DNA of 63,784 bases, the filler included, from Squatina squatina (taxonomy: Eukaryota), in assembly GCA_031763465.1 (NCBI GenBank). It is 4 parts of 4 records of this genome, joined end to end, with 100 filler letters (N's around TTAATTAATTAA, not from the genome) between each part and the next. Parts side by side here need not be neighbours in the genome. Positions count along the whole stretch, not along the records: positions 51,688 to 63,784 come from JARFOE011142314.1; 3 more parts are not named here. One strand, 5' to 3'. Both the position numbers and the translations under genes were made by a program. How positions within the stretch are numbered: the stretch's first letter is position 1; each line of letters starts with the position of its first letter. This document shows, in pieces, positions 51,688 through 63,039 of this stretch. Under the pieces are notes generated by a model. The model was not told the DNA's origin and did not search any database. It was given only the letters and a program-made list of their open reading frames with translations.

Positions 51688-52750
51688 GATCATGGCTGAT
51701 CATGCAACTCAGTATCCCGTACCTGCTTTCTCTCCATACCCCCTGATCCCTTTAGCCGTAAGGGGCACATCTAACTCCCTTTTGCATAAAGCTAATGAGC
51801 TGGCCTCAACAGCTTCCCGTGGTCGAGAATTCCATCGGTTCACAATTCACTTGAGGAAAAAGTTTTTCCTCGTCTCGGTCCTAAATGGCTTCCCACTTAT
51901 CCTTAAACTGTGACCCCTGGTTCGGCATTTCCACAACAACGGGAACATTCTTCCTGCATCCTCGTCGCAGCTCACACTGCCACCCAGCTTCGTGTCATCC
52001 ACAAACTTGGAAATGTTGCTTTCAATTCCTCTGTCTAAATCATGAATATATATTGTAAATATCTGGGGCCCCAGCACTGAACCTTGTGGTACCTCACTAG
52101 TCACTGTCCGCCATTCCGAAAACGACCAGTTTATTCCTACTCTTTTCTACCTGTCTGCCAACCAGTTCTCTATCCACGTCAGTACATTACCATCAATACC
52201 ATGAGATTTCATTTTGCACATTAATCTCTTGTGTGGGACCGTGTCAAAAGCCTACTGAAAGTCCAAATACACCACATCCACTAGTTCTCCCTCATCCACT
52301 CTGCTAGTTACATCCTCCAAAAATTCCAGAAGGTTGGTCAAGCATGATTTTCCTTTAATAAATCCAGGCTGACGTTGAATTCTCCTGTTAATGCTTTCCA
52401 AATGTGCTGCTATTACATCTTTACTAATCAGCTCCAGCATCTTCCCCACTACCGAAGTCAGGCTCACCGGTCTGGACTTCTCTTTTTTCTCTCTTCTTTT
52501 TTAAAGAGTGGGGTTACATTAGCTATCATCCAATGCACAGGAACTCTTCCAGATTCTTCAGAACTTTGGAAAATTATCACCAGTGCATAAGCTATTTCTG
52601 GGGCTACATCCTCAAGCACTCTGGGATGCAGAATATCAGGCCCTGAGGATTTAGGTGCCTTCACTCACATCAATTTACCTTACATCATTTCCCGAGTAAT
52701 GAGAATTTCCTTCAGTTCGTCCTTCTCGCTAGACCCACGGTCCCCTAGTT
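51688..52750 (-). mobile_element. CR1 ORF2 RT and 3' UTR with an internal deletion
   Basis: KSSGPDILHPRVL, SLTSVVGKMLE...SCLTNLLEF...DVVYLDFQ and EVPQGSVLGP...KFVDDTKLGG, fused directly to DAGRMFPL. Confidence 0.92.
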
Positions 52751-53043
52751 TAGCTGAGCTACAGCTGGCGATGAATAAAGCGTGAGGAACCCAAAGTATA
52801 AAGTATCAGCTCACAAATATAAGGGTCTGTGCAGTCTGCTCAACGGCAAACCTCCTCCGTTCTTATTCAACAGAGATTGAAGGGACATGGATGGGAATCA
52901 GGTTTTATTAAAGGCACAAATACATGTAATACTTTCTTCCAAATATTATTGTTTCAAATTATTTCACTTTATTTCAAGGCTTACTATGTTGAATCTGAAA
53001 ATGAGCACCATGGGGTTTTATCTTCAGGACTGATTCTTTTATT

Positions 53044-53088
53044 CTGAACTTTACAGGCCTAAAGCCATACCGACTGAGGTGGCCAGAC
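53044..53088 (-). pseudogene. Partial tRNA-Lys-like pseudogene (unit 1)
   Basis: taccgactgag matches the reverse complement of the tRNA-Lys D-arm (GCTCAGTCGGTAG); the 3' part is deleted. Confidence 0.45.
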
Positions 53089-53439
53089 CTGTTTAAAGCT
53101 CTTGGCGCTGTCGCTGCTTGCAGGCAGGAAAATGTTGATTCCACCCCAGGGCATTAAGTTAATCTACAGCCCACGAACCAGGAGCTCATGAACTGCAAGG
53201 TATGTAAGGAAATCAGCCATTAAAAGCCCATTCATTAACCACAAGGCTTGAGACCATTTTATGTTCGCAAAGCGCTTTTATTCCTTGTCAGCTTCTATTC
53301 TCTGTTTCCCGGTGTTTCCAGATTGTTTTTGTCTCTCTGGCTCTGTTTATTCTGTGCGTGGCCACCTGCAGTTTGATTTTGAATGGACAACTGTGTCTGT
53401 GAATCAGAGAATCGTAAAAATCTCAGCAAAGATGAAGGC

Positions 53440-53512
53440 CATCGGCACTACTGCTGTTGCCACCTACGTCTCACAAACAAAAATGACCCAGGTTCGAGCC
53501 CGGGCATTAACA
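53440..53512 (+). pseudogene. tRNA-Val(CAC)-like pseudogene (unit 1)
   Basis: gttgccacctacgtCTCACAaacaaaaatgacccaGGTTCGAgcCCGGGCattAACA versus vertebrate tRNA-Val GTTATCACGTTCGCCTCACACGCGAAAGGTCCCCGGTTCGAAACCGGGCGGAAACA; the B box is retained. Confidence 0.6.
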
Positions 53513-55094
53513 TTAATTTGGAGAATATTTTTCATTTAAATTGAATTCACAAAATTAACCACAGGTTCCTTGTCTTGTGAGCAATTAAGATGTGAATACC
53601 GGTCTCTCAAAATCCGGAGTTAGTAAAACCATACAGGGGATAAAACGTCATGAATGATTAAAGTTTGGCAAAATTATTCAATTAAAATTTTTGAAGATTC
53701 TGACTGCCCCTCAGTAACCATGTTAGCATTTATCTCATTCTGCTTGACAAAGCTAGTGTGTGCTCACTGACAATTATCCCTCCGCCTCCGCACAGCTTAA
53801 TTAGTTCCATGTGATAACTTTACAAGATACTGAATTAAGGAAGTCACTTTCCGAAGCTTGGTTACATCATTGACCTGCTGAAAACGAAACAACCAGAAAA
53901 TGCATTGAAGAGTTCTTAGCAATTGCTCACAAATCATATATTTTCTTCTTTTATTTTTCTAGCGCTTCGCTCTTTTCAACTGTTGACTCTGGATATTCCT
54001 TTGATTAAACATGAAAAATATCCAATGACTGTCAGGCCCTGCCTCGGTTAATACCAGGAGATCCAAGCCCCGTTTCAGACCCCGTACCAACCCACGTTAG
54101 TTATTCGCTTTTCCCCAGTTCCAGAGCTCAGAGGTTTATTATCCATTGCTGGGATGGATACTGCCACGGACCAAGGCCCAACCTCCTCATGCACTGAGTA
54201 AAGGCAAAGAAGAACCCGGGCAGATGATATACCGTTCACAGCATGTCCCAGCAACATTGAACAAGTGCTCTGAATGGAACTTCCTAAATGTGGAAGTGAT
54301 GATTGCAATTAATGCGATTGTCAGTCAGGATGATTTAGATCGCCAGCTTTTTGGGAGCTGTGGATTCAAATTGCACTACTGACTGTCCTTATTTTTAATT
54401 AAGAGCTCATTTTGAATCCACTGTGAAATGCTTGGAGACATCCGCATTGTGTTATGAAATTATTTAAATTTAATTATAAAAGGTGACAGCAAAATCACTT
54501 TCCAATTCGTGATTGAATTGAATTTCTGGATGAATTGTAGGTACCCTCTAAAAATCTTTCACTGCTGGTTGCAATTTGTTTCAGTAGAAAACAAGGGATT
54601 GGAAATGACAATGCAAACGCCAGGCAGAGCCCACGGTGAGAGAAACTTCAACTTCTGATCAATTTGGTTCTGCAAAGTAAGCGCTGAGGTAAAGCTGGCG
54701 CAGATTAATGGCCGAGAAACCCTCACTTACAAGGTCTGCTCACAAATATCAGAGGCAACATATATTCCTCAATGTCTCAATGTCATACCTGCTCCTTTCT
54801 TATTCAACACAGGAAGATTATATTGACTGATTATATTTTCTGTGCATGGAATAAGTAACCAGTCCTGCAAAATTTGACAGATAGTGCCCCAAATGTCTTG
54901 TGTCATCAGCAGAGAACATGGTGAACAAGACTCCAAAAATACAGTGTGTAAAAAGGGAAATGGATTCACTGTTAACATGCAAAGCAAATAAAAATTATTC
55001 AAATGTCGACTCTAAGTGAGCGAGTTTTCATTGTGCAGAACGAGGTTATTGGCTAATTATAAAGCTTTCCCTTGAAAACCAATTCGAAATCATT

Positions 55095-55168
55095 CGCTTA
55101 ATTTTAGGCTCGAATCAACACACTTGCGGGGAATAGACTCAAGCCCATACCGACTGAGCTGGATGGGC
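55095..55168 (-). pseudogene. tRNA-Lys-like pseudogene (unit 2)
   Basis: cgcttaattttaggctcgaatc...ctcaagcccataccgactgagctggatgggc aligns nearly ungapped over 74 nt to reverse-complemented tRNA-Lys(CTT) CGCCCAACGTGGGGCTCGAACC...CTCATGCTCTACCGACTGAGCTAGCCGGGC. Confidence 0.6.
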
Positions 55169-55501
55169 CTGTTTAAAGCTGCAGCCAGTGTACTGGCGAC
55201 TAACCCCGGGGGACTAACTTCTCCAAAACATGAACCAGGTGCTCGTGAATTACACGGTTTGTAAGAAAATCAGCCAACAAAATCCCATTCATTAACCAGT
55301 GCGGTCCAGGCTACTTTCTGATCGCAAGGAACTTTTAGTCCTTGTCAGTATCTGTTGTATACTGACATAACCGGTGTGTCCCGGTTGTGTTTCTATCTCT
55401 GGCTCTGTTCAATCTGTGTGTTGCCAGCTCCAGTTTGATTTTGAACAGATACCTGTGTTTGGCAATTATAGCACGGTCAAAATGTCAACTCAAGATGGAG
55501 C

Positions 55502-55574
55502 CCATTCGCTCCACAGCGGTTGTGAAGTACATCTCACAAGCAAAACTGCCCTGGTTCCAGCACGGGCAGTAATA
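55502..55574 (+). pseudogene. tRNA-Val-like pseudogene (unit 2)
   Basis: agcggttgtgaagtacatctcacaagcaaaactgccctggttccagcacgggcagtaata, in the same position as the unit 1 copy. Confidence 0.5.
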
Positions 55575-55914
55575 TCATTTTAGAGTTTTTTTTTTATTGA
55601 GATGAAGTTCACAAAATTTCCTTGTTTCATAAGACATTAATATTTAACACCAATCTCCTAAAATCCAGAATTGTTAAAATCATATAGGAGAGAAAAATTT
55701 ATTAACGATTAAAGATTCACAAATTATTAAATTCCAAATATTTAAGTTTCTGAAAGTCCCTCATGACCGTGTTAGCTTTTTGTCTCAGTCTGCTAAACAA
55801 GGCTATCCGTTACTCAAAATTGATTGTTCCACAACCACCCCGCCCCTCCCACACAAGTCACCCGCCTCTGCAGAGTTTAATTGGTTACATGTGATATTTT
55901 TTAAAAATGAACTA

Positions 55915-55976
55915 AATACGCCAGTTTCCGAACCTGGGTTGCATCGGTGTGCGGCTAACTAACAAACAGCCAGGAA
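55915..55976 (-). pseudogene. tRNA-Glu-like remnant (unit 2)
   Basis: cgaacctgggttgcatcggtg...ctaac...ccaggaa versus reverse-complemented tRNA-Glu CGAACCCGGGCCGCGGCGGTG...CTAACCACTAGACCACCAGGGA. Confidence 0.4.
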
Positions 55977-57302
55977 ACAGATTGGCCAGGGAATCATAAT
56001 TGCTCACGTTTATTTTTTTTCCCTTGTGTTTTTTTCAGATCTTCTCCCTTTTCAGCTCCTGACTGAAGATATTTCTGTGACTAAACATCTCGCAGTCCCT
56101 GTTCCATTGAATACCTGCAGAGCTATGCCTCATTTCAGACCCTGAACCAACCTGTTTAGATATTCGCTCTTACCCAGTTCCAGAGCTCAGAGGGTTGTTA
56201 TCCATCCTTGTGATTCAAGCTACCTCGGACCCGGGACCAAACTCCCTATATACCGAGCACAAATTCAGGAGATGACATCCAGTTCACTGGATGTCCCAGC
56301 AATATTGAACAATCGCCCGGAATGAACCGCTCTGAATGTGGAAGCGATGATTTGCAAGTAATTCATTTATCAGTCTTGATGGTCGAGCAGTCTAAGTTTC
56401 TGAGTTTGGAATGCAATTTTTTCTTGAGATATTGCTTATTTTCAAATAAGAACTAATTATTAAAGCACTGTGATTTAATAAAATGACTGCACTGTCATTA
56501 AACAGGTGACATCCAAATTGTTTCTCTAACTGGGAAATGGACTCCGGATACTGATACGATTGGATGTGATTTGCGAATCATTTAAATGTGCTCTTGAAAA
56601 TCATTCAATGCTCTTTAAAAAAACACGGCTGCAGTGTATTTTGCTACAATAGAAGGGGATTGACAATTACATTAAAAATGCCAGGCAATGCCCACGGTGA
56701 GACAAACTCACACTTCTGATGAAGTTGGTGCTTCAAAGTAACTGATGAGCTGAAGCTCGCGCTGATTAAAAGTGAGAAACCTCAAGATAAATTATCAGCT
56801 CACAGGGGCAGTGCAGTCTGCTCAACGTCAAACCCCCTCCTTTCTTATTCAACACAAGTAGAAGAATCACAAACAGGAGGGAGCCACCACAACTTTTAAT
56901 TAAACCCACAACGACAAGTCACACTTACTTCCAAAACATGTCACAGTAAAATTGTCTCACCTTATTTCAAAGCTCACTGTGTTCATTCAGAAAATGAGCA
57001 CTATGAGATTTTATCTTTACGAGGGACTCAATTGTCTCTAAATGGCAGAAGTTACGGGTCCTCCAAAATTTGAATAATGGTGCCCAGTTTCCTGTTGCCA
57101 TCAGCAGTGATCATTTTGAACCAAATTCCAAATATACAGTGTGTGAAATGGGAAATGGTTTAACAGTTAACATGCAAGTCACAGAACTAATTATTCAAAT
57201 ATCGACTCTAACTCAGCTCGATTTCATTATGCAGAAGGTGATTATCGGCAACGTAATGCTGCTTCTCCATGAAAGCCACATAAAAGTTTAGCAGAAACAA
57301 TT

Positions 57303-57376
57303 TGCTTAAATCTGGACTGGAGACCAGGACCCTGAATTTAACAATCTCAAGCCCATACCTACTAAGCAGGGCGAGC
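57303..57376 (-). pseudogene. tRNA-Lys-like pseudogene (unit 3)
   Basis: ggaccctgaatttaacaatctcaagcccatacctactaagc versus CGACCCTGAGATTAAGAGTCTCATGCTCTACCGACTGAGC. Confidence 0.55.
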
Positions 57377-57627
57377 CAATTTAAAGCTCTTGTCACTGTT
57401 GCAGCTTGGAGCCAAAAGCAATCAAAGACTCATTCATTATCAAGAGCTGCTCTGGCAATTTTCTAATGGCAAAGTGCTTTTAGCACTTGTCAATATCTCT
57501 TGTATATTCCCCATTGTATACAATTTTTGTTTGACTCTCCGGCTTTGTTTGATCTGCAGTATAATTTTGAACGAATATTTGCATCTGTGAATCATAGAAT
57601 CGTTGAAATCTACAGCAAAGTATGAGT

Positions 57628-57700
57628 CCATTCGGCCCACAGTGGTTATCACCTACATCTCACGTGCAAAAAGAAATAGGACTGAGCCGGGGCAGCAGCA
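57628..57700 (+). pseudogene. tRNA-Val-like pseudogene (unit 3)
   Basis: Exact AGTGGTTATCAC D-arm, then ctcac anticodon loop; the B box is degraded. Confidence 0.55.
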
Positions 57701-57989
57701 TTGTTTTCGAGAATAAATTTTATTTGAAATAAAGTTCACAAAATTAGCCCCAGGTTCTTTGTCCCTGAGCAATGGTCATTGTACAGCAGTCTCCTACAAT
57801 CCAGAATGTGTAAAATCTGACAGGCCATAAAACATCAGCAGTGATTCGAATTTTGGAAATTAATTTATTGAAGTTGAGTCTGTCCCTTAGTAACAATGTT
57901 TTCATTTTCGCAATCTGATAAACAGCATTGTTGTTTAATGAATGGTGATTAATTTTCTCCCCTCGAAGAGTTTAGTTAGTTGTAAGTAA

Positions 57990-58048
57990 ATATTCTAAAA
58001 TGAACCTGGTTTACATCACAGAGCGCCTGACCACTAAACGACCAGGAA
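57990..58048 (-). pseudogene. tRNA-Glu-like remnant (unit 3)
   Basis: gaacctgg...agagcgcctgaccactaaacgaccaggaa versus GAACCCGG...AGAGCGCC...CCTAACCACTAGACCACCAGGGA. Confidence 0.45.
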
Positions 58049-59109
58049 ACACATTTTAGATTTGATCACAATTGCTCTCATTTCATAGCGTTTTTTCTGG
58101 TGCTTTCCAGCTTTTTATCCTTTGCTGATCCTGGATGCAGATATTCCTTTGATTAAACGTGAACATAATGCCATGTCCCGCGATCCCTGGCTCGGTTAAT
58201 ACCAGCAGCTCTAAGCCGCATTTCACACATGGAAAATAGCCATTAATTAGTTGCCCTTCCCCAGTTATAGAGCTCAGAGCATCATTGTCCATCCCTGGGA
58301 TGCAAGCTACCATGAAGCTGGGGGCAACTCCCCACACATCGAGCACAGGAACCGGTAAAACCCGTGGAGATGAAGGCCTGGTCACTCGGTCTTTGAGCAA
58401 CATTAAACAAGCGCCTGAATTGGAACATTGGAAATTCGGAAGTTATGAGTTTGCAATTGAAACTTTTGCTATTTATGATGGCCATCCTGTGGAGGCTTCG
58501 GTTCAAATCTGACATTACAAACTGATTTTGGTGCAAAGTGTGAAGTGTGTCGGACATGTAATCTAATATAATTATTTCACGTTAATTAAAAACGGTGTTA
58601 TGAAACTTGCATCCATATCCGGGACAGGAAGACGGGAGGATATATTGATTGGAGTCATTTAAATTTACCCTCTAAAAATCATGCACGACCGATTTGAAAG
58701 CACGGTTGCAATTAGTTTCAGTGTAAAAGAAGGGGATAGAAAATGATAATAAAGACGCCAGAGTGAGACAGAGTGGAACTTCTAATTAAGTTGTTTCTGC
58801 GAATTAACCGCTGAGCTAAATCTGGCGCCGATTAACTGGAGAGAAACCTCAATATCAGCTCACAAATATATATCAGGGGCAGTGCAGTCTGGTCAAAGTC
58901 AAAGAGAAGATTTTTTTAAAAGATGTATCAAAGGAATTCTATTTGTGGCAATATAATATAAGACTGCATTCACTGACAGCTCTTATATCAGCCAGATATT
59001 TTCACCTTGAATGAAATATTGCTCCAATATCAGCTCATTTCATCAACACGTTGTATTTTCTACTGTATTTCCTGATGGAAATTGGATGAAAAATTTTCAG
59101 AAGTCTGCA

Positions 59110-59996
59110 TCATAGAAGTAATTTAAAAATTGGTTTCAGAAGGAACTTCACCCCGTTCTTCAGCTCCTCTCTGAAATTAGCCTGGGTCAGCACATAAATT
59201 AACGTGTTTGTACAGCAACTGAGAACCATAAGCATAAATCCGACCAACTCGACGACATTGTTGTTATTGTACTGAGTGGCTGTTATACGAAGAGTGATAA
59301 TGTATGCAACTATCCTCGCCCATAACATTATAAAACTGCCAGATATGCTGAAGAGTAAAATGACAGATTTCCTGCGGTTCTCCATCTCTGGATCCTTGTG
59401 AATATTTCCATTGCTGCGGCCCCGCAGTCCCCTGCGAACTCTACTGGACATTAAAATATGTCGAGCGGTGAGAACATTGCACAGCAATATCAGCATGAAT
59501 GGGGCACAAGGGGTTAATATAAGAGTAAACAGGTCAAATGCTGTCCATGCGGGTACAGTGAAAAAGGTCAGTTTCAGGTTACAACCCCGGGGCACATTGT
59601 CCATTATATATTGAGGCTCATGTACAAAGTACCAGGGAATGTTTACTGAAAAGCTCAACACACTAAACACACCGATAACCACAGCTGCCGTTTTCTCAGT
59701 GCAATATTTTGTTTTCAGCTTCTGGCAACAAATGGCCACAAAGCGATCGAAGGTAAAAACCACTGTAAACCAGACAGAAGCTGAAGTGACTGCAAAGATC
59801 AGCGTGTAATTTATACGACACTTAGCGTGAATGGACAAGAATGAAACAGGGAAATACATTTCAACAATTCCCGTCAGGATCACGCCATAAATAACAACCA
59901 GGAAATCGGCCACCGCCATGGCCACCAGGTAGCGAGTGATGCATTTGGAGAGACGACACTTTCCTCGGGCCAGGATCACAATCGCCACCCCATTAG
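59110..59996 (-). CDS. Main (last) exon of a class A orphan GPCR, GPR139-like (cartilaginous-fish multicopy type)
   Basis: Open frame with hydrophobic TM segments: YLVAMAVADFLV (TM2), FTFDRFVAICC (DRY-like) and SCCTNTLIYVLTQ (NPxxY-like). Acceptor ccctctctcttacag precedes 59996; the exon carrying the start of TM1 was not located. Confidence 0.85.
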
Positions 59997-60374
59997 CTGT
60001 AAGAGAGAGGGGTGTGTGATATTTTCTGCTGAGATTCACAGTACGTCTGCATTAAACAAAGAACAGTGAGTGCAATTTCATTTTGCTGTTGTACCGAGTA
60101 ATGCAAAATAATCTGCTTATCTGGGCAGTTTTTTCAGACACAAATGCGTTTTTAAATAAAAACAGAAATGCAGTGTCAGTAGTTCATTGGATAATGAATA
60201 AGTAACTCCATAAATAAAGCAACTACGTCTTACAAGCAGGGAATATGAAGTAATAATAGTAATCTCAAGGCACTGTAATGAGGCTCGCATACTTCGGATT
60301 CCGTACCAGTGTAAAGCAAAGAAAAGGAAAAGCAATGAGGCTGATGGTTTATTGACATTGGCTGGGTTCAAGGT

Positions 60375-61180
60375 AAAATGGGGGCTGGAGAGATTGAAGG
60401 AGAAGTGGGGACTCGAAGTTCCAATGGTGATTGTGCGGGGTGCAGATGCAATGGGAACAGGGTGGGTGAATATCCAATAAGGACTGGGAAGATTATTTGT
60501 GCAATGGGGAGTGGGCTGGGTATTGATGCGATGCCGACTGGTCGAAGTGAAGTTGCAATTTGGAATGGACGATTTGAAATTGCAATGCCAGATGTGCAAT
60601 GGGCACTGAGCAGGTTGATGTTTGAATGGAGATATTGTGGGGTGGATTTGCAATACAGTCTGGGCGGGGTGACGATATAATGGGGAATGGGTGGGGCAGA
60701 GGTGCAGTGGGGCCGAGACAGGCTGAAAATGAAATGGTGACAGGGCAGCTAACAACTGTAATTGGGGCAGTGAACTTCTATTGACACAAAATGGTTCATT
60801 TAAAATGGGGGCTTGGTACAGTGATGGAACAATGGAGACTCGGCAGATTGAATGTGCAATGGGGACAGCCCAGGTGATGATGAAATGGGGACTCGGCAGA
60901 TTAACTCCACAGTGAGGATTAGGCAAGGTGGTGATGAAATGCGGACTGGGCAAAGTGAAGTTGTTTTGAGGATTGGACTGGAGGAGATTAAATGGAGTTT
61001 GGGAGGGGTGAAGGTGAAATGCAGATTCGGCAGTCTTGGATGCAATCGTGACTGGGCGGATGGAGGTACAATTGGGTTTGTTTGGGTGCACGTTCAACTA
61101 GTACTCTGCTGGAAGAAGGTCTACTGGAGGCAAGAAGGGGTACATTTGCAAATTATACTGGGGAGGGTGAATTTCAATGG
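60375..61180. repeat. Degenerate G-rich minisatellite
   Basis: A core like AATGGGGACT(C/G)GGCAG recurs at ~25-30-nt spacing (e.g. 60831, 60883, 60937); a similar tract lies at ~61890-62460. Confidence 0.55.
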
Positions 61181-61329
61181 GGGCTGCATGTTATTTTTCC
61201 TCATACGCACGGGTGTGTGCGTTGCTGAAAAATCCATCATGAATTGTCCATCTCTAATTGGCCTTTGGAATGTATGGTTACCAACTTTCTTGAGCAACTG
61301 TATTCCAGGCATTCTAATGCTTCCCTCTT

Positions 61330-61603
61330 GAGCATCCCTGCTAAAATCGATCAGTGATTGGTGCCCTTGTCCTCTGTTGCCTCGGCCCCAAGCTTTGGAA
61401 TTCCTTGCCTGAGCGTCCCCGCTTCTCCACATCTCTTAACATGCTCCTTAAAACCTAACTCATTGATCAAGCTTTGGTCACCTCCCCGAATTTCTCCGTT
61501 TGCGGCTCGGTGTTCCTGTTTTATCTCATAAAGGTCCTGTGAAACATCTTGGGAGCTTGCAATACGTTATTGGCGCTATATAAACACAAGTTTTTGCTGT
61601 TGT
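61330..61603 (+). mobile_element. L2-type 3' tail
   Basis: ctttggaattcctt...ctccttaaaacc...tgtgaaacatcttggg...ggcgctatataaa...ttgctgttgt. Confidence 0.65.
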
Positions 61604-63039
61604 AGTTTTCGTGAAAGTAGCCCCACTCTGCTGTTGAAGAGGATGGTTCAGAATTTTGAAACCGCGACGCTGAAGGAATGGCGATACACTTCCAAGTCAA
61701 GCTGGAATGAGGATTTGAAAAAAGTGAGAAGATAGTGGTTTTTGCATGCCCTTGATCTTCTAGTTGGTCGAGGTCATGTATTAGGATGTGCTGTTGAAGA
61801 AGCCTTCTCCAACTGCTGGAATCCATCTTGTTGATGATACACACTGCCATTATGGTGCGCTGATGGTGGTGAGCTTTACTTGACAAATGGACAGATTGGA
61901 GTTCAATAGAAAATGGGCAGGCTTATGTAAAGTCAGGATTGGAGAGAGTGGAATTCCAATGATGAGTGCACAGAGTGGAGTTACATTGGGAAATGGATGG
62001 TGTGAAGTTACAATGGAAAATGAACGAGGAGTGGACAGAGTGGAGTTGAAATGGAGACTGAGTGGAGTGATGGTGCATATTGTGACTTGGAAGGGTGAAG
62101 GAGCAATGGAACCTAGTGACTGGAGAGAATGTGCCTGGAATGTAGACTGGGCTGTTCAGGATATAATGATAACTGTGCTGTGTAAAGGTGTATGAGTGAT
62201 GGGCTGAGCTAAAATAAAATTAGGAGGACTCATGCAGGGTGAAGGTACAATGAAGATTGGGCAGGGAGAAGACATGTCTGGGTTGGGCAATGGTTCCATG
62301 CAGCCTAGATAGACTAAAGGTGTGATGGTAGTCGTTGGAGCAAAAGTGCCGTCAGGGCTGCAATTGGTGGGCTGAAAGTACAATGAGGATTGTGCAGGCT
62401 GGAAACGCAGTTCAGACTGTGGCGGGCGAAGATTCAATGGAACCCGGATAAGGTGAAGGAGCAGTGTGGACAGAGCATGAGGAAGATGCACTGAGAATCA
62501 TGATGATTGAAGGCACAATGCTGACAAAGTTTGGTGAAGGTGGAATTCGAACACGTGAAAACAAAGGCTTAAGTCCAGGGTTTTTTTTACACTTTCTCAG
62601 GAAACCATTGCGGTTCAGAAAACATGTGAGTTTCCACTTATTGATAACGCTGTTGAATCTGTGTGGGTGGAATAGTTAGAAGTAAGTGATGAGTCGTAGA
62701 ACATGTTGCATCATTGTGGGATTTGTAGAGGTTGGCCCAATGCGGGATAAGACGGAGCCAGTGGAACTGAACAGCGCCCACTGAAGCAAAAGCAGCGCAT
62801 TTGGTGAGGCAGTGGGAGTGAAGGAGAAATCACGACTGGAATCAGGGACGCAGCTGACAAATTAAAATAGGCCAGAGAGAGGGAACTACGATTTGGAGGA
62901 AAGGTGATCTGTAATTCAGAAAAAAAACAGCTTAAACCATGAGTTAATAAATATTGCAACTCATGTTATTTTATGTTGATTTTCTCAGTACCACCAGGAC
63001 TTCTGTATTATTTTGGTAAATATATTTGTGAAACCTCAG

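Larger units (their letters stand above)
52755..58900. repeat. Diverged tandem array: about three copies of a ~1.9-2.1-kb unit carrying decayed tRNA-like sequences
   Basis: Anchor motifs recur at ~2-kb spacing: gctcac (52809, 54738, 56798, 58858); ttcttattcaaca (52860, 54797, 56842); agc(c)catacc (53063, 55142, 57350); gagctcagag (54125, 56182, 58271); ttcacaaaatt (53546, 55608, 57735). Confidence 0.85.

Noticed and set aside
53440-57700. Functional tRNA genes
   Set aside because: Acceptor and anticodon stems do not pair well and the A or B boxes are damaged in every copy, so they are called pseudogenes only.
52755-58900. 2-kb units as tandem GPCR, Ig or other protein-coding paralogues
   Set aside because: Short ORFs in equivalent positions are not conserved in frame or sequence between units, and the conserved blocks fit tRNA-like sequences better.
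59997-60039. N-terminus MNLSRKYHTPLSLT of the GPCR ORF
   Set aside because: It starts at a non-ATG codon and covers a polypyrimidine tract plus AG, so it is intronic read-through.
60117-61331. 326-aa and 159-aa ORFs as novel proteins
   Set aside because: They arise from a low-complexity, strand-biased repeat, with no domain motifs or splice support.
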